Positions 9,009 through 19,427 of a DNA stretch of 64,000 nt are shown here, piece by piece (position 1 is the first letter of the stretch; every line of letters begins with the position of its first letter). The DNA is from an uncultured Pseudomonadota bacterium (GTDB lineage Bacteria; Oederibacteriota; Muellerivitia; Muellerivitales; Muellerivitaceae): contig CAWJKT010000004.1 of NCBI GenBank assembly GCA_963843375.1, forward strand, positions 480,001 to 544,000. Reading direction: 5' to 3'. The notes beneath the pieces are model-generated. The model saw nothing but the letters and a program-made list of their open reading frames with translations. It made no database searches and was not told where the DNA came from. The translations under genes were made by a program, and so were the position numbers.

Positions 9009-12000
9009 TCGCGCGCCCACGCGGGGACCGCGCCGACGACGGTTTCGATCGGAACGGCCAGGCGGTGGGCGCGCCGCAGCTGGTGCTGTCGCCATAGCGT
9101 GTAGAGGACGGGCAGGACCTCCAGGGTGAGAAACGCGCTCGTGGCCAGTCCGCCGATCATCGGCGCGGCGACCCGACGCATGATCTCCGCGCCCGCCCCC
9201 TCCGCCCAGAGGAGCGGCAAAAGGCCTGCCGCCATGGTCGTGATGGTCATGAGCTTGGGGCGCAGGCGCTGCACGGTCCCTTCGGCGTGCGCGGCGATGA
9301 TGTCGCTCCGATCGTGCAACCTTCCTTCGCGCACGCGGCGATGGAACGCTTCGTCGATGTAGACCACCATGACCACCCCCGTCTGCATCGCCAGGCCGAT
9401 GGTCGAGAGGAGGCCGACCCATACCGGCGCCGACAGCGGGTAGTGGAGCAAGAACAGCGTCCAGAAGCTCCCCACCAGGGCGAACGGGACCGCGGCGAGG
9501 ACGATCAGCGCTTCGGTGAAACTCCGAAACTGAAGGAACAAGAGCGTCAGCATGGCGACGCCCATGAGCGGGGCGATCCACTTGAGGCGCCGCTCGCCCG
9601 CTGCGAGCAGCTGCGACTGGCCGGTCCATTCGATCCGCTCGCCGGGCTCGAGGCGCAGCTGTCCCCCGGCCTGCGCCTTTGCGAGCGCGCCCTCCGCGTC
9701 CCGCACGTAGCTTGCGACGTCCATTCCCTCGTCCAGATCGACGTAGACGTAGGCGACGAGGTCGCTCCCCTCCGTGCGGATCGTTCCGGGATGGGTCACG
9801 TGCGAGGGATGTCCAAGGAGCGCCAGCGGCACCGGCGGCTCCGTGGACGAGCGCACCGTGACCTCCCGAAGGTCGTCCGCGTCCTCGCGCTTCATGCTCA
9901 TGTCGGTCGAGACCCGGACGCGGTAGGGCTTGCTCTGCGGCTCCATCTCGGCGCGAGCCTCGGGGTCCATGCGCTCGTGCTCGTGTTCGTACACGCCCCC
10001 GGTGCCGTGCTCGTGGCCCGACGAGCGACGGCTCGCGAAGCCCTTGAACGAAAGCTGCACCTCGCCGACCTGACCGCCTGTCGTCATCAAGTCGGTCGTG
10101 GCGCGGACGAGCGCCGGGTCCACGTCGTGGAGCGCCAGGGCGCTCGGGTCCGGCTCGAAGGTCAGCCAGGGCTCGCCGCCGAGCGACTCGAACGCCGCGC
10201 TCCGCGTGCCCGGCAGTCGCGTCGCCCACGCTTGCAGCGCAGTGCCGAGGGCGTCGAGGCGCTCCGGGCGTGCCGGCGACGATGCGAATCCCCACCGGCG
10301 TGCGGACCCCGTTGGTCGACATCATGTCCATGCGCGCCCGCGCGGGCGCGGTCCACGCGCTCGTCCAGCCCGGCGAGCGGCTCGCTTCATCGAGCTTCGC
10401 GACCAGCTCGGACAGTCGTCTCGCGGCGTCTGCCCGGGCCAGGCGAGACCGAGCACGCGCTTGAGCCAAGACGGCGCCCAGCTCGAGTACCAGCGCGATC
10501 GCGATCGGAGCGGCCATTCCGAAGCGGGGCCTGAGGCGGATGGTCGTCTCGACCATCGAGTACGGCGCGGGATCGGTCGCCGTGTCCGCCCGGCCCACCT
10601 TGCCGAACACGGTGGCGACCTCCGGGAACTGGCCTCATCGCATGGTCCTGCCTCGCGAAGCTGCACGGCCGCCTCCCCTGCGGGCACGCCCGGCAACGTG
10701 GTCGGCATGAAGAGCAGGTCGCCCTCGTCTACGCGCGGGCAGGAACTCGCCGCCGAGCCGCGTCACGATCGGGAGGCAAGAGGCGACCGCCAGCGCCGCG
10801 GTCACCAGCGTGAAGGCCGGCCGAGCCAGGGCGAAATGCACGAAGGGCCGGTAGATCCGGACGAGCGCCTCGTGATCGGGTTGTCGAACTCGGGAAGCAC
10901 GCGTCCCACGAGCAGCCGATCGCGCAGCGCGGGCGCGGCCGTGAGCGTCACCAGCGCCGCCGACGGCGATGACCAGCGTCTTCGTGAGCGCCAACGGGCG
11001 CGAGCAGCCGGCCCGTCTCGCCCGCGAACGCGAACACCGGAAGGAAGCTGAGCGCCGTGATGAGCAGCGAGGTCAGGATGGCCGGCGCGAGCGCGCCGGC
11101 TGCGGCGACGATCGCGCTCCGGCGCCGCGCCGCGGACGCGCCCGCGCCGGCACCTCTCCAGCCGGCGGTGACACGCTTCGAGCGCCACGACGTCGGCGTC
11201 GACCGCCATGCCGAGCGCGATCCCGATCCCTCCCAGGCTCATGATCGTCGCGGGGACTCCCAGGATCCGCATTCCGCCGAAGGTCAGGAGGAGCACCAGC
11301 GGCAGCGTCATCAGCGGCACCAGCGCGCTCCGGCCGTGAAGCAGGAAGGCCAGGATGACCAGCGCGACCACGGCCGACCTCCTCGCCGAGCGCGCGGAGC
11401 AGCGTGTGCTCGACGCGGTTCGCGAGGTCGAGCCGGTCGTAGACCGTCACGAGCTCGACGTTGCGCGGCAGTCGTGGCCGCGCGATCGAGCGTCCGCTCG
11501 ACGCTCTCGATGACCGCCCTCGGATCGGCGCCGCGCCGCGCGACGACGATCGCCGCCGATGGTCGCCGCGGCACCGCCGAGGTCGGCGATGCCGAGCGGC
11601 ATGTCCGGGTCGATCGAGACACGGGCGACGTCGCCGACCCGCGCCGGCGACTGCCGCCTCGGGCGTCGTCGCGCAGGGCGAGCCTGCTCGAGGTGAACCC
11701 CCTCGCCTCGCCGTGCGCCACGCGGAACCAGCGCGGACACGACGTCGCTGAAGGCGACGCCTCTCGCGCGCGGAGCTGCTCGGGCTCCGCGACGACGAGG
11801 AGCTCCTGAACGGGCTCGCCGACCGCCGCCACCTCGGCGACCCCCGGGATCGCCTCGAGCGCCGGACGAAAGAGGTTGTCCTGAAGCTGCCGCAGGGCGA
11901 CCGAGGCTCCGCTGATGTGCGGGTTCACGAGCGCATACTGAAGATCCAGCCGGTGCTCGAGGCGGCCGGCCCGACCTGAACTCGAACGTTCGCCGGCAGC

Positions 12001-12362
12001 TTGTCGCGGCATTCGCGCGACGCGTTGCACGATCTCCTGCCGCGGCCGCTCGAGGTCCGCCGACGAGCCGAAGAGGACGTCCACATACGCCATGCCGGAC
12101 ATCGAAGAGCCGCGGATCGCCGTCGAACCAGGGACGGAGCCGAGCGCGTCGGTCAGCACCTGACTCACCCGCGTGGCGACCTCGGTGGCGGGGTGCCCCA
12201 TCCAATCGGCCACGAGCCCGATCTGGGGGTCGGAAAGGTCGGGCACGGCATCGCGCGAGAGCCGCCGGCGCGACGAGCTCGCCGGCGAGCGCCGAGGCGA
12301 TGCGCGCACGGCGATGACGATCCGAGCATGGCGCGTGCACCATGCGACGACCGCGCGATCAT
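9005..12362 (-). CDS. cusA: CusA-family heavy-metal RND permease (frameshifted in the 5' half)
   Basis: DAVPDLSD, IMSLGGIGIALGMAVDA, MPTTLPG, DPAPYSMVETTI, RMDMMST, RLRPKLMT, MRRVAAPMIGG. Confidence 0.9.
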
Positions 12363-13309
12363 GGCGTCACAGCCTCCCCGGCACCCCGGGCCGCACGAAG
12401 GCGCCTCTCGGCGTCGAGGAAGAACGTGTTCGCGGCGATCACCGCCTCACCCTCGTCGAGACCCGACAAGATGACGATCGCGCCCACCTCCCCGGCGCGT
12501 CCGCCGACGTATCCCGAGTCGAGGATTCGGCCTATCTCGACACGCCGCTTCGTGAACGTGTCGTCCCCGCGCGGGGCGGCGAGCACGTAAGGGCCCTCGG
12601 CCGAATACAGCACGGCGCTCGAGGGGACGACCAGGAGCTCGCGAGGTCGGAGGGCGATCTGCAGCGAGCCGACGTCTCTCGGACCGCGTGGAGGCGCGAC
12701 CTCACCCGCGTCCGCGTCGAGGCGGAACCGGACCTTCACCGTCGACGAATCCACGGCCGACGGAGGCTCCGACAAGAGGTGCGCGTCGACGCCCATGTTC
12801 GGCGCGCCTCCTCCGAAGAAGAGCGCGTGCTCGTCGGGCTCCAGCCCGACGAGGTCGTCGTCGTAGAGGACCGCCGTCCCGACGCCATCGGCTCCCAGCC
12901 ACGCGGCCGCTCGCACCTGTTCGGCGAAGATCCGCCGCTCGGCGCGGACGACGCCGCCGCTCCTCTCGGCCATGGAGACCGGTCCGCGCGCAAACTCGGT
13001 GACGCGAACGAGGGCCATCCCGCAGATCGGGCAGTCGCCGGGCGCTCCGCTGACGACCTGCGGATGCATCGGGCAGACGTAACGATCGACCGAGCCGGTG
13101 ATGGCGCGATCGTGTGCGCGCGCGAGCACGACGCCCGAGACCAGCGCGCCGGCGGCGACGAGCAGCAAGAGAACGCGCCCGAGGACGACGAACGACGGCG
13201 GCGCGCCGGCGCGCGCGTCCTCGCCGCCGGCGGGGTCTGGTCCCGTCGACACAGACGGGTCCGCCCCCGAGGACGTCGAGTCCTCGGGGGCGTGGAAACC
13301 GATGCTCAT
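12359..13309 (-). CDS. CusB-like periplasmic adaptor with heavy-metal-binding domain, short form
   Basis: TM segment, YVCPMHP...CPICGMAL, LVVPSSAV...SGLDEGEAVIAANTFFLDAE; stop overlaps the cusA start. Confidence 0.8.
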   Translation of the reverse strand: MSIGFHAPEDSTSSGADPSVSTGPDPAGGEDARAGAPPSFVVLGRVLLLLVAAGALVSGVVLARAHDRAITGSVDRYVCPMHPQVVSGAPGDCPICGMALVRVTEFARGPVSMAERSGGVVRAERRIFAEQVRAAAWLGADGVGTAVLYDDDLVGLEPDEHALFFGGGAPNMGVDAHLLSEPPSAVDSSTVKVRFRLDADAGEVAPPRGPRDVGSLQIALRPRELLVVPSSAVLYSAEGPYVLAAPRGDDTFTKRRVEIGRILDSGYVGGRAGEVGAIVILSGLDEGEAVIAANTFFLDAERRLRAARGAGEAVTP

Positions 13310-13375
13310 GGGCTCACCGCTCGAACTTCATGGGTTGACCGATCGAACGCCGATTCCGCTCGTTCTTCGCGTCGG

Positions 13376-16279
13376 TCAGAAGGCCGAGAACGCGGCGAAC
13401 GAGTTGTTCTTGCCACTCGTCTGGATGCAGTACCCATTGTGACGCATCGGCGGAAGTGGGCTGTTCCAGTTGCCGTTCTGCGGCTCCACCCTCCCGTTGA
13501 CCGTCAGCTGCGCCGTGCTGGTGAAGCTGCTGCTCTCGCCGCCGGCGAGCCTCGACTGGGTCTCGAAGCACGCGGGCCCGGTGCCCAGGTTGCCCGACTG
13601 GAAGTTGCTCCCGTCGGCCACGGTGAACTGGACCGGATTGTTGCAGAGTCCCGAGCAAGGCGTCGCGAGGGTCGTCGCCAGGCAATCCGACAGGCATTGC
13701 GACAGGCCAATCGCCGGTGACGTGAACACGCCCTGAAAGCCGTTGCCGATTTGTCCGAGGCAGTTCTGCTCGTTCCCCGCCTGCCCGAGCGCCAGGCATT
13801 GCTGGGCCTCGGGAAGCGAGTTCCCCTGACAGAACTGGGCGAGTTGCTTGCAGGCCGTCATCGGGAGCGCCTTCCAGAGCGAAGGGTTCTCGTCGGGCGT
13901 CTGACCGGTCTGCGCCTGGAACACCGAGAGCGCCGAGTAGAGTTGCCCGTTGAAGAGCACCCGGTCGTTGACCGCATACCGCACCTGCGGCTCCCACTGC
14001 CCGCCGCTGCTGGTGTCGGTGTTGACTCGGTCCCAGAGTCCGAACTCGGTGTCCGGCGTCTGCCCCGACTTCGACGTGTGCGCCGTCGTGACGCGGTAGT
14101 CGACGTTGTTGAACGCGACGATGGTGCCGACCTTGTAGCTGACCCCGGCCGCCCAGCTGTTGACGACGACGAGCTCCCGCATCATGTCGTGGTCTTCGTG
14201 GCCGACGAGGTGGCAGTGCCACACGTAACCCGGACCGGCGATCGGATCGGGGAACGAGGTCGGGTCGATGGGGAACAGGTTCTGGCCCGGGCTCACCCCA
14301 CCGGCCGCGACGTTCTGCGGCGCCCACCGCACCATGATGCGCGTCACCATCCCCGAGGGCGCTTGAATGGTGTCTTTCCAGCCCGTCTCGTACGGCTCGG
14401 GGGGAATCACCGGTCCCTGGAGGTACGATTCATAGGGAACGACGATCTGACTGGTGACCGGGTTGTGCCCGTTCATGAGAGCCCACTGCTCCCCGTAGTC
14501 CGCGGCGTCGATCTGCTGGCGGTTGATGAGCTGGAACTCGAGCAGATGGATGTGAATCTGGTGGGTGTTGAGGTCGCTGTCGCCCGCGAACGGACCGTTC
14601 GGACCGCCCGGGAACACGTTGACGAGGTCCCACTCTTCGGTCGAGCCCACGAGCGCGATCTCGGTCGGCGGCGTGTCGAAGTCGAGGCCGTCGATCGCGC
14701 GCTTGTTGAAGGTCGGCGAAAGAGCGTCGTCGTCCTCGAAGGCCCGGAGCACCTTGACTCGCGTCGGGGCGTTGGCCGTCAACGCCGGCCTGGCGGGGAA
14801 GAGAGACGCCGACAGTGCCGGCGGAGTCACGGGCTTCCCGCTTTGAACCGTGAACTGCATCACGAGCTCGGTGCTGCCCGCCGGGTTCCCCGCGTGGCCG
14901 ACGGTGTTGATCAGCGCGATCTTCGTGTCGGCCGCGAACTTCGAGAAGTCGACCAAGATGTCGGCGCGCTCCGTGATGCCGACCTGGACGTCGTTGACCG
15001 TCTGCGGCGCCGGGTAGGTACCCCCGTCCGAGCCGATGATGGTGAAAGGAAGATCTTGCTCGGTGCAGGACGCGCTGTTTCCGTCGGCCGAGATCTGGAC
15101 GAGGTTGTTGTTGGCGGAGTTCTGGCGACGTTCCAGTCACCGACGCAGAGCTGCAGGTCGTAGAGCTGCGCGTTCGCCGCCGCGAGGACCCGGAAGCGGT
15201 ATTGCTGCGGCTGGACGTTCAGGTTGGGCCACACCTGGCCGTTGACGAGGATCTCGTCGGCGCCCTCGTTGTACGACCAGTAAGGGCTGTTCGGCGGCGA
15301 GTCGCCGCCGTTCTGATCGTTCGGCGTTGGCCGAGTTCAGGGTGCCCCGGTCCGGCGGGAAGTCGAAGTTGCCGTCGGTGTAGAACTGCCTCGCCGAGAG
15401 CGCGAGCGGGATCTCGAACTGCCCCGTCGGCAGCGGCGAGCTTCGGCCCGTCGAGCGGGGTGTTCGCCGGATCGCGGATGAAGTACGCCGTCCCCACGAC
15501 GCCCGAGTAGAGCCCGATGCGCGTCACGCCCATGACGTGGTCGTGATAGAAGAGCTGCCGTCGGCGACTGCTGGTTGGGCATCAAATACGTGGAAGTGAC
15601 GTAGCTCGGACCCACGTATTGAGGTTGGGCGTGAACCACTCCTCGGCGGTTCCGTCTTGGTCGGGGGCCACGACGAGCCCGTGCGTGTGCGTGACGTGGG
15701 CCACCGGAAACAGCGACTTCGCATAGCCCGGCGGGAACAGGTTGAACGGCGGAGTCGGCACCTCGATGGACTGGGGGATTCGCCCAGTGCAAGGTGGGGT
15801 CGACCTCCAGGAACGCGGGTTGCTGGATGTTGTCCACCCAGGTGCATCTGGGTGGGGATGCCCACCGTGTTCTCGAAGACGGCCCCCGGCGTCACCGTGA
15901 TCGTGGAGCTCGTCGTCGAGCCCTTGGGGTGCGCCTGGCCGCTGTAGCCGAGCACCACGGTCTGCGGGAATCCGGGCGGCAGCACCTGCTCCTGCGATTG
16001 CGCCACCGACAGCGTGTAATTGTTCTGGACGACCTTGCCGTTCTTCGTGACGGGCGTCGGCGTCCATACCTCGGGGATGTTGAGCTGCTGGGCGAATTTC
16101 GGCACCGTCGTCGGGTCCAGCGGTACCTCGCTGGGCGAAGGCGAGCCCACCGCCTGCGCCTGGTTGCCGTTCTGTTCGCCCCCGGACTGCGGATCGTTCC
16201 CGAACTGCGAGCTGCAGGCCAGCATGATCCCCACGAGCCCCAGCGGTACGGCGGCGTATGCGCTACGCGGTATTTTCAT
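13376..16279 (-). CDS. lipoprotein multicopper oxidase (CotA/bilirubin oxidase-like) with two CBM5/12-like modules and a Cys-rich C-terminal domain (frameshifted 15.0-15.85 kb)
   Basis: lipobox MLAC; copper motifs HTHG, YHDH, HQIHIH, WHCHLVGHEDHDMM; repeats WAAGVSYKVG..LW and WEPQVRYAVND..LW; RBS GAAGGAGG. Confidence 0.9.
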
Positions 16280-16426
16280 CGTGCCCCTCCTTCGAATTGG
16301 TTGAGCCGGGGCAACCCCTGGTCCGAGCGACGATTGCCCGGACGGATCGAACCCGCACCCGATGAAAGTCCCGCGACGCGGTCAAACGTAACGGGCGAAA
16401 ATGGGCGGCCCGATTTGTCGCCGTGA

Positions 16427-17011
16427 TCACGACGGCTTGCGGCGCGGCGACTTGCGACCGACCGTCGGCGATTCGGCGTTCCCGGAGTCGATGAAATCGT
16501 AACGATCGATCGATTTGTCATCGGTCGATTTCTCCGATTCGCGCACTTCCGCGACGAGCCGGCTCAACCGCATGCGTATCGACACGGGCGATCGGTGGAG
16601 ACGCAAGGCGGCCTCGACCGAGGTCTCCTCGAGGACAAATCGACTCCAGAGCAGAGACAGCGACTCTTCGTCGAGCCGATCCAGCCCGATCCCGAGCCGC
16701 CGTTGCGCGGCCAGCACGCGCTCTGGACCGTCGTCGACGAACGGAAGAGAGTCGTGCTGAAGGTACTCCTTGAGGGCCGCTCCCCGCGCCTCGCTCCGTC
16801 GTCGATGAAGGGCCAGGTGCCGGGCGACCATGCAGCACCAGCCCACGAAGCGCTCGGCGTCGGGCGGGCCGTGATCGTGCGCAAAGACGATGACGGCGGT
16901 GTCCTGCACGATGTCGTTTGCGTCGTCGGTCGTCGACGAGAACCGGCGCGCCGCTCGACGAATCGTCGCCTGGTTCGCGACGAACAGGGCTCGGCGATTG
17001 ACAGGATCCAT
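16427..17011 (-). CDS. ECF sigma-70 family factor
   Basis: DANDIVQDT...FVGWCCMVARH (region 2); ETSVEAALRLHRSPVSIRMRLSR (region 4 HTH). Confidence 0.75.
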   Translation of the reverse strand: MDPVNRRALFVANQATIRRAARRFSSTTDDANDIVQDTAVIVFAHDHGPPDAERFVGWCCMVARHLALHRRRSEARGAALKEYLQHDSLPFVDDGPERVLAAQRRLGIGLDRLDEESLSLLWSRFVLEETSVEAALRLHRSPVSIRMRLSRLVAEVRESEKSTDDKSIDRYDFIDSGNAESPTVGRKSPRRKPS

Positions 17012-17218
17012 CCCGGGCCTCCTCTGCGGCAACACAACTGTACCGGCTGCCCGGTGCGACCAGGCAGACCGGCAGCCGTTACTCGTTCCGAGGCGACGTT
17101 CAGGGCGTCCGAGAACGGATTGCCGGTGCCCCGCGGTCCCGTCGGGCACGCCGGATACGACAGGCGGCCGGGCACGGTTCATCGCGCGCGACGGCGGGCC
17201 GGCTATCTTCCTTGCGCC

Positions 17219-17728
17219 GTGACGTCCGCGCACGCAAGGTCCCGGACCGACGAGGAGAAAGGTCTCTTCCGCGCCGTCTACAGCGTCACGCGGACCAAGC
17301 GTCGTCGCTTCTTGTGGTGCGCCTGGTGGAGCGGAGAGCCGTGCGAGGCGCCGTTCCGGCCGCCCGACGCGTGGAGCGGCGGGGCACGAACGGAGGACGA
17401 GGCGAGGACGCTCGCCGAACGCGCGGCAGGCCTGCCTCTCTCGCCCATCGAAGGCCGCTGGGCGGGCGCCTGGGTCCGCGTCCGCGCGGGCCTGCCCCCG
17501 TTCGTCGATCGCATCGGAGGCGCCGCGTCCGCCGCCTCGCCGCGGCCCGTCGATCCCCACGCGCTCCTCGGCATAGCGCCGGGCGCCCCGCTCGATGAAG
17601 TGAAGGCCGCGTTCCGCCGGAAGGCGCTGCAGCACCATCCGGATCTGGGGGGCGACGCGGCGGCGTTCATCGCGATCAAGCGTGCGTACGATCGCATCGT
17701 ACGGCGCCGATCGGGGCGAAAGCGCTGA
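17219..17728 (+). CDS. J-domain (DnaJ-like) protein
   Basis: C-terminal LLGIAPGAPLDEVKAAFRRKALQHHPDLGG...AYD; start uncertain. Confidence 0.8.
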   Translation: MTSAHARSRTDEEKGLFRAVYSVTRTKRRRFLWCAWWSGEPCEAPFRPPDAWSGGARTEDEARTLAERAAGLPLSPIEGRWAGAWVRVRAGLPPFVDRIGGAASAASPRPVDPHALLGIAPGAPLDEVKAAFRRKALQHHPDLGGDAAAFIAIKRAYDRIVRRRSGRKR

Positions 17729-17864
17729 CAGCCCCAGGCCAACGAGCGGCCGGGCGCTCCTGGACAAGGCGCCGGCGCCGCGTCACCGTGCTCGAACCTC
17801 CGGGCTCGACGTCGGGGCACGGCTCTCGCATGGTCCAGGTGAACCCATCGATACCCGACGATCC

Positions 17865-19421
17865 ATGCCCTGCCCTCCTCGCCATCACTCCCTCCGCTTC
17901 CTCCCCTGGACTCTGGGCGGCGTGCTCGCCTTTGCGGCCGCGCCTGCCTCGGCGACCACGCTGCCCATCGCGATCTCGCCGGATCGGACCCACCTCGTCG
18001 ATGCGACGGGGGCGCCGTTCTTCCTGCAAGGCGACTCGGCGTGGGAGGCCATCCCGGCGCTGAGGCCGTCCGAGCTGACGACGTACCTGGCGGACCGAAA
18101 GAGCCGCGGCTTCAACACGATCATCATGCAGCTCGCGGGTCACGTGGCCACGACGCACGCGCCGCACTGGGTCGACGCCGCGGGCGAAGCTCCGTTCAAC
18201 TTCACGCTGGGCGGCGGATTCGTGCGCGAACCCGAAGGGTGACCTCTGCGATTCCTCGACGCCGAACAGCGCGTACTTCGCTCACGTCGACCAGGTCCCT
18301 CAAGCAGGCCGAGAGCGGCGGGATGGTGGTCCTGCTCTTCCCGCTCTACCTCGGCTACCTCTGCCAGGAAGAGGGCTGGTGCGTCGAGATGCGCGCGAAC
18401 GGGCTCGCGAAGGTCGCCGCGCTGGGGCGCTTTCTGGGCGCGCGATACAGGTCCTACACGAACATCGTCTGGGTCGAGGGCGGCGACGACAAGCCCTCGA
18501 CCGCCGGCAACCCGTCGGACCTCGACCTGGTCAACGCGCTCGCGAACGGCATCGTCGCCGGCGAGGGGGGCGGGACGGGGACGCACCTGCAGACCGCGCA
18601 CCTGGGGAGGGACGTGTCGGCGGCGGACGTCGCCGGCGTCACGTTCCCGCTGAGCATCGACACGACGTACTCGTATCTCGGCAAGGATTCTCTTGACGAA
18701 GACCGAGTCCGACACGGAGCGCGACTTCGGCGTGCGCCCCGCGTTTCTCATCGAGTCGCTCTACGAGAACGAGCACTCGACGTCGACGACGGTGCTGCGC
18801 GCGGAGATGTACGAGCCGATTCTTGTCGGGTGAGACGGGGTTCGTGCTCGGGAACAACCCGCTCTGGCTCTTCGGCAAGACGGGCGATGGCAACCCCGGA
18901 TGGAGGGTCGCGACGTCGACGACGGCCTACCCCACGTGGCAGTCGGCGCTCGAGAGCGCGGGATTCGCAGGACGCCCAGCGCGCCGGGCAGTTCTTTCGG
19001 TCGATCGCCTGGTGGGGCCTGGCACCCGACCGATTCGAAGCGGGTCATGACGTCGCTCGTCACCGCCGGCTCGGGCCTCCTCGCGTCGACGGCCGACCGC
19101 ACGCTCGCCGTCGGATACTTCACGGACGCCGCGACGGCGACGATCGACCTCTCGCGCATGGCGGGGCCGACGACGGCGTCGTGGTCGATTCCCTCCCTGG
19201 GCACCACGACGTCGATTGGGACGTTCCCCGGCCGCGGTCTCCACGCCTTCGCGACGCCCGGGAACAACGCGGTCGGCGCGCAGGACTGGGTGCTCTTGCT
19301 CCAGACGGCGACGGCCGGCGTTTCGCCTGCACCCGCGATCCGGACGAAGACCTCGTGGCTCCCCCTTCTTTTCGGCGCCGCCCTGCTGATCGGGGCGACG
19401 CGACGCAGATCGTCGGCCTGA
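17865..19421 (+). CDS. DUF4038/apiosidase-like (GH140-related) secreted protein with collagen-binding-like domain (frameshifted)
   Basis: HLVDATGAPFFLQGDSAW, YLADRKSRGFNTI, NIVWVEGGD, FLIESLYE, QDWVLLL; C-terminal TM plus RRR. Confidence 0.75.
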
Positions 19422-19427
19422 GGCGCG

